DNA from: Candidatus Undinarchaeales archaeon
GTDB taxonomy: Archaea; SpSt-1190; JASMDC01
Assembly (NCBI GenBank): GCA_030753015.1
Contig: JASMDC010000002.1
Coordinates: 1-64,000 of the forward strand
Length of the DNA: 64,000 bases
Direction: 5' to 3'
Position 1 is the stretch's first letter, and each line of letters begins with the position of its first letter. Shown here in pieces: positions 40,501-43,089 of this stretch. The position numbers were made by a program, and so were the translations under genes. The notes beneath the pieces were generated by a model. It was given only the letters and a program-made list of their open reading frames with translations, did not search any database and was not told the DNA's origin.

Positions 40501-41628
40501 GATGTTCGCGTCGTCCAATGATTTTGAGGTAAGAGCGGTCCCAGTGGGCATACCATTCGAATCGGCATTCCAGATCGAAACGTTCAAGGGAGACTCGCAA
40601 TGCGTGTCATAATGGGTGACCGTGAGACGCACTTTCGTGAGGTTGCCCGTGCGGCCCGGTTTGAAAGCTTGGGCGTACTTGCTGTTCGTGTAGATGTCAA
40701 TACCACCAGCCCCTGCGGGGGGTGTCGTGGACGTGGCGAGGGGATCCTTCTCGGTCACGTCCAGACGAGAGACCTCCCAAGCGCTCGAGGTATCGACGTC
40801 CCCCGGGAGGACCGGGAGACCGGCAGCGATGAATGTACCGCTGGGTTTGCCAGCGGTCACGCTCTGGATCTCGAAAGCGAGGTTGCCGACAGGTGTACCT
40901 GTCTTCTTCACATGGAAGCTCATGCGGGACAGGTCGGCCGTCTCGTCCATGCGGAATATCTGTGAGAACCAGTTGTCCCCGTGCACTGCGACGGTAGTAT
41001 CGGCTGTGGTCTGGCTTGCAGCAACGATGTTCTCACGCGTCTTCTCAAGGTATACCTTGATCGCCATGTCATCGTCGGCTGCAGCACCCCAGTTCCATGA
41101 GGTCCCCAAACCCCTGGTGACCATGTTACCACCACTGTAGGGATCCGTCTCGTCCTGGTAACAGATCATATACTCGGTGCTGATATCGCCCCGGGAGCTG
41201 CGGTAGATGACGATGGCGTACTTAACGTCCTCGCTGACCTCGGCCAGGTCGGAGGAGAAATCGACCTCGACCCATGCCTCAGATCCGGAACATGTATAGT
41301 CGAGGGTGATGGCCGGGAAGTCCGAGTATGTCACGGTCGCCGTGGAAAGGATAGTCTCCGTTGGATAATTGGTCTCCGCGTCCACGCTCCGTATCTGTAC
41401 CGTGAGGTCCTGCCATGAGCCAAGTCCGCTGTTCCTTGCCCCCTTCAAGTAGATCTTGGTGACGTTACCCGTGATGGTCGGTGTGAATAGCATAGATCGA
41501 TCGTTCCTCTTGTCCACACCAATGGCGGCATCGGCCGATGTCTGCTGGACGTCGAGCTGTTCGGCGCTAACAAGGCAGAACACGAGCCCAAGGACGAGGA
41601 GAGCGCTGAGGACTAGTCGGTCCGTCAT
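16585..41628 (-). CDS. Giant (8347 aa) modular cell-surface protein/adhesin
   Basis: Uninterrupted 25-kb ORF with GGGAGG RBS. Architecture: N-terminal signal peptide, three related N-terminal beta domains, dozens of ~80-aa repeat modules, Cys-rich CGDGxC repeats, C-terminal TM helix (LLVGALMILMVVTIGMSAL) and a charged tail. Confidence 0.93.
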   Translation of the reverse strand: MTDRLVLSALLVLGLVFCLVSAEQLDVQQTSADAAIGVDKRNDRSMLFTPTITGNVTKIYLKGARNSGLGSWQDLTVQIRSVDAETNYPTETILSTATVTYSDFPAITLDYTCSGSEAWVEVDFSSDLAEVSEDVKYAIVIYRSSRGDISTEYMICYQDETDPYSGGNMVTRGLGTSWNWGAAADDDMAIKVYLEKTRENIVAASQTTADTTVAVHGDNWFSQIFRMDETADLSRMSFHVKKTGTPVGNLAFEIQSVTAGKPSGTFIAAGLPVLPGDVDTSSAWEVSRLDVTEKDPLATSTTPPAGAGGIDIYTNSKYAQAFKPGRTGNLTKVRLTVTHYDTHCESPLNVSIWNADSNGMPTGTALTSKSLDDANIGDYSASAFTEVDFEFDTPTVVRAGHLYAIVLEADSCDSSHEYRWHSACGFSDTTCYTRGDKSRDTGSGWGQDSFTDKQNPHFIVYIGNNLTQLSTGVDYALMAYSPVSADADNSYLISKADSNAYSDGTYVGSTDGGSAWTADSAKDMTFRIYRQFLLVPQDDTIQGELPTTLEGSTSSNDAVCIFSSAADTPCNSTATSKCHSDAIGYVTEPAENGSGNDYSVTIDESSNGIYHIYYCDGGTEALHIIETHTSKEANTVTVNVAAVKGEAHSELETAGVVDVFDDLAATAQVDTATQSITSSGGDDYTAYFRSNATDGKYYLRTTSTVSTKVYVGYVFFSSGNGTTTTVDLDILTYGQVPTAITTSGSVWMDDEADETDDTLYRGAITNTGSGYKYRFYHDGTTPMYLKADTDATHTSPVLEEQKTVSSDTEWNVAVLTGNVPTSLVGDTIEVHTGTGDACGASVVNSATVVSGGSYGTYSVYLLPDASARYLYACESSTKVYYGSATIDDAGESVSFSIQGIHGDIHNDLATTSNYIAACSDLGGSALNTVNTNAQTYDGGSTYVYFQSTGTPDLVITSSSGSCAQANVVAAILDVTLDTSDYVNELQPNVKYTGDLTGTFGAGTVLVTATTNSGTGCSMTPWIAKGTVDTNVNEDTDDYRVYVQSGTSVYISFCKSSGPNAKLLMTTKSPSAGGDVNLEVGEVSGDLHADLDSASLYMLVCDDVGGNLISSFTRTAADYDDTLAQYFETTATSTPDFLISTSSSSCAATNIRSVKRNAAVEGDLTHTFTVATKVYGDVPSALASGKLLAFTSTGKGCTDTTDLAARNTTVSSVTVDNDVSVHLTASSTYYLVWCTSGDAKVLEYQITPSSDTSVDAASFGGDAHADLATGSYHGVACTDIGGTALSSEDVTGTQYDSSTKVYYADTGGTPDLIISTSAGSCAAANLVAASLDVSAPASFVSTFNPDTKVYGEVPAALASKTVKVYASNLDCSSAATVARGTLPADPVGGSNDAAVYMQSGGTTYYVNYCDGTTTLLERTEQHGSSGAYTLHVGRITGNLHDSLTSGDYIVVCSDIDGSALNSESVTVGTYDISGAQYYEATGTPDFFISSGSATDCTEANMVTSVHDVTIDTSDYLNGFHPDIKVSGDVPSTLGSGYIKAFTGEPYACGSSGYWGKGAIAASVAGSGDYDLFLESGRSYYFTVCTSSNSYSLRRQKDLSSVADVDFDVGIFSATLHSDIANSTYHITMCDNVAGSALSSKDVDGGAINTSPVYYDATPTIAGTPDLVVGRSAASCAATNVVAAAIDNNIDTSDYANSVTIQAKFSGEVPASMGGKTIQVFNSTQNCGATNDLVTYNTLHSNPTGISNDMMVYLQNGTGNNYHVAFCDSTTKLYNRAADDPSGNSTFSIAEFTGTAHAELANASYHVVACNGIGGSALSTRDVTGTQYNAGTRVYFESIATPEVIISTSALSCAATNLKAAKLDVTVPATLSASFSPGMKLYGEVPGSLASKTIKVFTSDLGCSGTALVAQHTLHASPLGITNDTVLYVEQGGTTYHVAFCDGSTNLLRRTRSEGSAGYSALHVAKVTGSLHADLAGAAYKVVACSDVGGSLLSSESVSTSTFNGGGALYFESTSGTPDVVITSSTDCTASVLVAASLDTTPSSSDYAVTFSPTAKMHGEVPASLAEKTVRVFTSDAGCLSDATKARQTLPSSVTGSDDLAVYVVQGPTYYMTLCDGSTKRLVRTKAVSSTDVTFSVGGVNTSATGKVHTDLEDSSHYIVACDAISGNLLSSESVTGAAFDSGYQYYEVSADDSSVVLAVSSSASSCATTGLSAARTESDMDRGEEVTFDPEAKGSGDIPNDNPTVRVFLTDPGTGACDASGQLYASSDTSTDSSQTNADYSIYGQNGITYYVVFCDGTSRALETSTSSIGTADIDVGRLQGEVHADLRSGDDAISVHSANDCASMVSSETINPTAGTPDYRIWFEDTTGGTYYVRTVVDSTYTQCGHAFTLTSQAKVQNTEGKVSGTVPSGVLRAGLDYDSNGDDAWTTSFSSSAYRLYGDSADTSVLVHAYEDTGGSTEVLERTRNINSGDKTFDVAKVTAGEALHDDLDDADDHLVVCTLPGGSVLASEDITGTSYEGGNTLYFDATSQTTVYFGSSSASLDCTGSTLLTATKQTSVSAGGHYRYIPKYKLTGDVPTGVDRALLFSAIGKGCSDVDGDMAGYDGTLVEGQSDNDYDLYVNKTDGSTFRLVFCNGGTRRLQSVAQSSISAAVDVDVARVASGGASKVHDDLNSQFIVACTAPDGVVLTSESVTGTSYEGGSTYQYFEVTQSTAYFVVSGSASSCSATGLSAGIKLSVAGGSDYTFAPEAKGAGDIPEGNPSVRMFVDDPGTGACGGSQIYVSSDSTTDSSQINADYAVYGQNGATYYVVFCNGTTKALETSTTSIGTADIDVGRLHGEVHADLRTGSNDVIEVHNTIGCASAVSSETVNPTSAAPDYYIWFEDTGSPFYVRTSVDSGQYVQCGHAFTLTAQASTQDLETLAAGTMPSGVLRVGLDYDSNGDDTWTTTFQSSAFKLFGDNADSAVLVHAYEDTGGSTEVLERTRDLTAGDRTFDVARITTPQNIHDDLDDTSDYVVACSAPGGSALVSESINGATFEGGSGNGDVLYVDVTGISDMYLAITSSSLSCTGTNIITATKQSSLSGGSGYAYTPLYKVTGDVPSGPTYAKLFAAASKGCTDVDADLRGYDGSMTTAQTANDYDLYVNKTDSSTFYAVFCDGSNNRLFEASGRTVSGATTIHLGKVAGETHTDLEDSGTADNVEVFSDSSCTSEVSRHDIQPAASGGDDYTVYFETTVSTFYLKATKDAGANAQCGLGFTLTSQAAAVQLNTKASGTVPSTVTSVGIDYGKTGSDDLVSKGSLSGSYALYGDSVQTSLDVHVYDSGGEVLESPKSLAIDFVLDVAKVKSSGPIHGDLADGNHYALACKSPGSTKLNSKVVSGLNFNDGDTDLYFEKDGSQVFFTISTASDGCQVTAINSTTPQSSVTGGTTYYYTPSRRFSGKIPLGPTHVRLFSTSGQSCTTGGLNFRGYDGGVSHGTSSDYTLYTNETTSETFYVLFCDWSNTLLLESAGKSVPDDLALSLARVGGTVHSDLTSKNIVACSAIGDSGTRISSASVSGTQFNGGTYQYYEPSGSSVYFAVSSSSSSCASSDLSAAVSTTVAAGDTDTFTATDKATGDITANNPTVRMFIGNPDTSACQSSGQSYVSSDTSTDSSQSNADYAVYGHDGQSYYMVFCEGSTVLYESALITDVATADIDIARVHTSGVNKVHADIKGSTSVVICSAVGDSGASISTTELAASSYDNGGTSYMYFEVPGSGDVYFALSTSGTSCASSNLRAGIKRSVTPGATVTFDPTGKLKGDIPSDDPSVRVFTEDPGSSACLASGQDYIAADTSTDYTQSDADYAVYGQDGDTYYIVYCDGTSKGVQTSVSTLAQAGTDLDVGKVSGNAHSSLETPGDGNDRVDVYSDSTCTTKVSSETVQPNDGNNPDYSVLFMDTTGGTYYIKTTVVASGKTYDACGTPFTLTSQTKTDHHLTARVSGTVPIDVPHIGLDYDDNGDETYTTTLQDQVYMLFGDAADTQVRVHAYEDINGTTEVLERIKSLAGGTVGFDVAKVRALEAAIHDDLDDSGDHVVVCTAPGGSTLVSEDITGTAFEGVSGDILYFDATSLSEAYLTISSGALDCSATNLATATRLASPTGGSGYQFTPLYKVTGDIPAGISYVKLFSSVSQACTAASTTLRGYDGALLTGQSANDYDLYVNKTEGTTLYAVFCDASNVRLFEASSRTVSGNLALHIGKISGEAHSDLENAGTADNVEVFTGATCTSEVSRHDTQPTENGSGVDYTVWFESTGASPFYVKVTKDTGANVQCGHSVSLTSQAATVPLHGKVAGSVQTDVLKMGLDHDRDGTDEVRTSSTLSGAYAIYGDGSDSQVDVHAYLTGDVEALERLNDLTSAVTFNIARLTAETHTHLDDDGSILVYATSTCTEARSASTDASDSGGADVTVYFDSTGASTFYLKAATSTNSTCGNAISPDGNREATADLTGAITGTVHTDITVVSVDLDEGGGAEGSTSVVSGGYALYTNGSDTSLTVSFNTTGGTVLSRTGKNLSGAAGKNLDVDAGRLTGDVHTDLRTGGNDVVEVYDDSTCASKVSSATVNPTAATPDYTIYFEDTGSNFYIKTSVDSTYVQCGHLFTLTSQAKVVDLTARVAGTVPGAINRIGLDQSRNGNDEAWTTTFSSGGYKLFGDAADASVDVHAYEDTSGATEVLERTRALTALDVAFDIVSIAAGGALHDDLDDASDHVVACSLPGGAALTSEDITGTAYEGGDTLYVDTTDVTDIYLTVTGSSYSCASSDLVTVTKQSSVTAGGTYGYRPLYKVTGDIPSSIDGTRLFTANGKACSDVDGTFAGYDSVIDSGQSANDYDLYVNATNSATFYVVYCTGSTRILESTSRSSISGNVAISVARISSGGSDKVSNDLNSANVLVCTAPGGTRISSEAVTGSSFDGGSTYQYFETSDGTVYAVLSGTTTSCASSDLQAGTKLTSITGGGSYTFSPSVFQSGDIPNDNPTVRLFIDDPGSGACGGSQAYVASDTSTDSGQSGLDYKVYGQDGETYYMVFCNGTDRVLEVSTSSLAAADIDVGRLQGEVHADLRTGSNDVIEVHDASSCGSAVSTETVNPAAGTPDYLVWFKDTGGPFYIRSSVDSTYVQCGHQFTLSAQAKVQDLETRIAGTVHADVLRMGLDYTTDGDDTWTTTFSSGAYKLFGDAADASVQVHAFTDTSGSTEVLERGKALTTDVTLNVGRLTGDTHGDLETGGNDIIEVHDASTCASGVSSATVNPSDAASPDYTIFFEDADGTLYIKTSVDGTYTQCGHAFTTTSRAKVQALTARVEGSVHSDVLRMGLDYAADADDTWTTSFSSGAYKLFGDATDTSVQIHAFTDTSGSTEVLERGKSLASDVTFNVGRLTGDTHGDLETGANDVIEVHDASTCTSAVSSATVNPSDGASPDYTIFFEDADGTLYIKTSVDGTYTQCGHAFTTTSRTKAQPLTAKVAGTVHADVLRIGLDYSTDGDDSWTTTFSSGAYRLFGDVADTSVLVHAYSDTSGSTEVLERGKSLASDVTFNVGRLTGDAHSDLETGGNDVVEVHDTSTCVSTVSSATVNPSDAASPDYTIFFEDAGGTLYVKTSMDGTYVQCGHAFTTTSRAGLQPLTAEISGTVPSDIKRIGLDYATDGDDVWTTTFSSSAYKLFGDATDTSVLAHAYEDTGGATEVLERSKSLAGVDVVFDISLVRALEDAIHADLDDTAHHIVACSVPGGSALVSEDITGQAFEGVTIGDRLYIDMSGISQLYLGVSTAALDCTATKLNTTTLLTGLQAGNSYQYTPLHKVTGDIPAGVSYVKLFATAGQACTAAGTTLRGYDGLPDASPSANDYDLYVNRTEGQDVYVVFCDGSDARLFESTAKSGITGDLAVHLGKVSGETHSDLEDTGTADNVEVFTENSCTTEVSRHDVQPTASAGTDYTVWFESPGPSAFDLKSTKDAVVTQCGPGFTLSSQAATVELDGKASGTVHSDITRVGLDYAKDGTDNLWTTSTLSGSYAVYGDANYSPLYVHAYITGNVEVLEREKSITSDAVMNIARIASGGSGSVHDDLDSAKVIVCTAPDGSVLSTRDVAGSQYDAGSAHQYFEVTQATAFALVSSSTTSCTSADLRAGIKLTSLAGGQGLTFSPAVKGSGDLPADEPTVRVFLDDPGTGACGSGQAYLSSDTDTDPSQSDADYDVYGQNGVTYYLVFCNGTDRVLERSTSSLGSADIDVGRLQGEVHADLRNGGNDLIEVHTATACASAASTETVNPSLSTGPDYIIWFEDSGSTLYVKTSVDSATYVQCGHAFTTTAQAKVQDLETRVAGTVHADVKRMGLDYDSDGDDTWTTTLPSSLYRLYGDKIDVSVLTHAYEDTSGSTEVLKRTKALNAGDVVLDISRITGAVHTDLGGSQDKVRVYADGDCTQELSSDTSSYHYSSGTYRTFFEHTTTSGYYYLDARDADTGNVTRGLRVAASSIPASNVDLNVRLSGVVPDAVRTVAVDLANDGVTASGGDPWAVLVKGAYRLYGPADTTSQVRMWAESSPQSTAPLLQRARNLSADAILNVTTITGAVHGELTNSTDVVKVHASSAYDSELTNGTGSYHVSSSAYTVYLEDVHASGHYYLDVLDANSNNRTRGIRVAVDGTNDGAEATGVDLDVRLAGVVPAAFPSVALDLAKDGFTQTSGDPWTPDAKSSYVIFFGGDTDAYVLLYTTATPPGGTPPQLARSITKDTTFNVTTLTGTLHTDLVSSASDETLAVYGGDDYMNRLSAGKDTVQMAGSAYTVYFDDVHTTGNYYYLQVNDSKGNVTRGSRFVPDGALDGLEKSGLAITARLFGVVPPDVKTVSVDLAGDGTGPGDAYVNITDTTAPMTYAVYLPGTAWSVVHAHTGGHTSAPVLNRTRALPANSNVELNVTRVTGKMHADLIHANDTITAWGDANYTVEYTNGTTSYVPVNGTTPTYSTYLEDVLASGYYYLQVYEGTTKDATKGLRVVPDGVVDGIEKEDFDITVRIKGTVPDDVTLIETNTSSSSGDPYVANVSRSYHAYIPASQDNSTIFFINSSKLKEGKALAIIHNTTKVLDRDQSVSLALIHGEAHPLLETGNTKAFLSLKADCSERLSTSKETTISDRTTRSDVELFYEFETTPVYVCINAPVTGGTLSIIRRANITEGEIMWQNFDVFVNGTVLDEIVNGTVLAGLDLADSWDKDTADASSWETKVNLIGTTFRTFLDGNDTEHRVKVLRADGRPRILLRSGAAQNIEVVENTTSFTSTRLATDEPTLNWTKRFHLFNHGSANVSMNLTYAPDQTSKDAAAVSQGSRTTTTLHYNYTTPTPRIDSTTRTVKIKADRSGEIWEQYHDLVFLNSQEFTTKYLTGIIMQVWNDHRTSYVTDVWERNTTATSGETSIKENTVYALRMVPHEYKDEYAYIEWKAPTIREYPSMRYHVKGDAPYPGSVGMGGSSSGSTSTGGATPSGSTTTSSGGGTVGGYTMDATFDITCNGGSVLSLPSGTSATLTCNFTELEGSVEALDVDVSVSGTGVRPDPLSFSLPALSHWIYKDEAQTLKDHVEYSRLKDITLATDSVCATTDVQIQVRGVFEREDEKSFVNDTTVTVRLLRDEDTCPICGDDLCEGGEDSTTCPGDCPLDLSSCGDGTCTGDENFINCPSDCTVCGDGQCTGAETSATCCTDCACPAGTSCDPSQLLCLSDTVCGDGTCEDGEDLAGCAADCSVCGDAQCTGDETTATCCTDCGCPDGFACDLICLPVSICGDGTCDIDETTASCAADCAVCGDGECSGDEDQASCCADCGCPGEGVCNPVLAICQTTTCGDGTCEAGEILTCPTDCTTCGDGTCSPGETCCTDCGCFGDEECDTITQQCIIVEEEISRSFDYDEEYEEDVGTGTGTGDVSGTGTGTGDVSGTGTGTGTESPTATRRKEERKRTVAGIATLVTRSKMATSGTSGGKTISSIVAAKQVQSMVDRSIEASREVKVKRDLNVKKTNEGFRSTVGIKLRNDGNETKKGVRIVETIDKSIAGDVSQLVFDPPPDFILKDDPILGWYVDLEPGEEVVIEYKVAKDLSKVNASVFSQPVILVEETDCGDGVCGSGEDLLTCPADCTCGNNQCDAGEDSSTCCSDCSCGDGLLCTADVCVAEGVCGDGICGEGEDQSSCCTDCGCPFDSLCSDGACRTVETASGLGSPLLVGALMILMVVTIGMSALSMRGRRAVIEEGVTVAVARPELVTKPVEPVEERPPTFNELAERAAASALTFREEIKELGHLKEKEAALIAEVVGVEPTPVPVPRTSLPILERLEEDKLAAILEVLDRIEEIEGKNEKGKTEAEKDNGKP
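17060..17342 (-). repeat. Cys-rich CGDGxC / CCxDCxC repeats, membrane-proximal block
   Basis: DCGDGVC...TCGNNQC...CCSDCSC...VCGDGIC...CCTDCGC. Confidence 0.85.
17846..17930 (-). repeat. 30-nt tandem repeat encoding GTGTGTGDVS linker
   Basis: gtccccgtacc(c/t)gttccggacacatcgccc occurs twice, plus a partial copy. Confidence 0.85.
17990..18760 (-). repeat. Cys-rich CGD(G)xC repeats, nine copies, mostly in pairs
   Basis: Alternating CGDGTC...CxxDC and CGDGxC...CCxDCxC...C units. Confidence 0.9.
24500..26160 (-). repeat. Near-identical 483-nt (161-aa) tandem repeats inside the giant gene
   Basis: acgttga recurs at 24965, 25448 and 25931; cctcggtgga recurs at 25011 and 25494. Unit: GRLTGDTHGDLETG...TEVLERGKSLASDVTFNV. 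Confidence 0.9.
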
Positions 41629-41630
41629 GG

Positions 41631-42224
41631 TTATCCCTCCCTTCCGACGCGGGCCAGAAGCTCGGACTTACGGTCGAAGAACTCGGCGATGAACATATCC
41701 CTTGGGAAGGTCCAGTCCCAGTCCAGTGGATTCTGCGCGGGGATGATCCCCAGCACATTGAACCGCTCGGGCTCGGTAGTCCAGATCACGTCGATATTGT
41801 TCTCGCGGGCTGTCACGGCAAGGATGCAGTCCTGGATGGCCGATCCGATCAGTCCCTTCTCCTTGGCGATGTAGAGCGCCTTCATAATCGTCATCTGCGA
41901 GGGGGCGACGAGGGTGAGGGTCTGGCTCTTCCATAGGGCCTCGATCCGCTCGTACACCGCGTCCGTGGGGGCAGCGACCTCCATGAGTCGGGGATCGGTG
42001 AGCGCGGCGTAGAACTCGGCGAGGCTCTGGGTGGACACGTAGCCATTGATAAGACCTTGGAGCACGGAGATGGTGATGGCCAGGCTCTTGTTGTAGTGGG
42101 GCGTGTCGGCCATCTCTGAGTACACCCAGATGCCCGTATCGATGAGCACCTTCTTGTCGGCGAACTCGCACTTGTTCACGGACACGCCGTTCACGCGGAT
42201 GCTACTCGGGTCCGTACAGATCAC
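41631..42224 (-). CDS. PIN-domain (VapC-like) ribonuclease toxin
   Basis: VLIDTGIWVY...STQSLAEFY...IQDCILAVTA...IWTTEPERF PIN pattern. Start uncertain (GTG 42224, 42194 or 42179). Confidence 0.85.
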   Translation of the reverse strand: MICTDPSSIRVNGVSVNKCEFADKKVLIDTGIWVYSEMADTPHYNKSLAITISVLQGLINGYVSTQSLAEFYAALTDPRLMEVAAPTDAVYERIEALWKSQTLTLVAPSQMTIMKALYIAKEKGLIGSAIQDCILAVTARENNIDVIWTTEPERFNVLGIIPAQNPLDWDWTFPRDMFIAEFFDRKSELLARVGREG

Positions 42225-42441
42225 CTCGCTTGAACCCCTCTTTCGGTCTTGACGAGAGGGGTGCCTTCAGCACACCCTCGATGTAGGACCGTTCAGGGGT
42301 TGTGTCCCGTACGACGACCGCAGTGAAGGAGGCCTCGCCGGTCACGGTCACCTCTATCTTCATCCCGTCGCGCAATCCGAGCTTTTCCCTGATGTTGCGT
42401 GGGATGTAGAGTTTGCTGTGATGGAAAGTTGCAATAGCCAT
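42202..42441 (-). CDS. AbrB/MazE/SpoVT-family antitoxin
   Basis: KLYIPRNIREKLGLRDGMKIEV swapped-hairpin motif, directly upstream of the PIN gene. Confidence 0.88.
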   Translation of the reverse strand: MAIATFHHSKLYIPRNIREKLGLRDGMKIEVTVTGEASFTAVVVRDTTPERSYIEGVLKAPLSSRPKEGFKRGDLYGPE

Positions 42442-42469
42442 CAATCTGCCCCAATAACTATAGTACGTT

Positions 42470-42507
42470 TTGGGTATTAATACTTTACCCAATCGAAAAT
42501 TGGGTAA
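42470..42507 (-). promoter_or_regulatory. TA promoter (TATTAATA) flanked by TTGGGTA operator half-sites
   Basis: Perfect inverted repeat ttacccaat-cgaaa-attgggtaa (42485-42507) and a third half-site ttgggta at 42470-42476, bracketing TATTAATA (42475-42482). Confidence 0.7.
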
Positions 42508-42663
42508 TTTTTAAAGGAAAAACAAAAATGTCACTTGAAAACAACAGACATCGGTCGAATCTCCATCAAATACCACGGATTACCGCAGTACCCACAAATC
42601 AGGATTCATACACACCCGGCCGCTGGCGTAGGTTTTAAATGCGTTCACGGCCCCCTATCCAAC

Positions 42664-43089
42664 GTGGTGAAGAGTAGGCTCCGGGCCAGGAACCTCGTCA
42701 AACGTATCAACGTTGGCCACAAGGTGGAGGCGGAGAAGCGCTCGTACCTACCAACCCTCCGCGAGGTCCTCCGGACCCTCCTCGAGGTGAAACGCAAGAT
42801 CCGCGCCACGACCGTGAGGACCATGAACGAGAAGCGCTTGGTGGACCTCATCACCCTTCTTCAGAACCAGGCCGAGAGGCTTGTCCACTTCAAGCACGAT
42901 CCCGATTGTGGCGACGACGTGAACAAAGCGCTCGACCATATCCATACCTGTGTGCGGGACATAACCCTCAAGGACACCTTCCGCGCCGCACGAGAGGTGG
43001 ACCTTGCGATCAAGACTATCGCGGACGCCATCGCCATGCTGGAAATAGCGGAATGGAAGCTCGAATCAACCGCCAACGAGGAACTGTAG
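42664..43089 (+). CDS. Hypothetical alpha-helical protein
   Basis: Helical, charged sequence; TTTTAAAT at 42633-42640 supports a GTG start at 42664/42667; overlaps the next gene. Confidence 0.6.
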   Translation: MVKSRLRARNLVKRINVGHKVEAEKRSYLPTLREVLRTLLEVKRKIRATTVRTMNEKRLVDLITLLQNQAERLVHFKHDPDCGDDVNKALDHIHTCVRDITLKDTFRAAREVDLAIKTIADAIAMLEIAEWKLESTANEEL

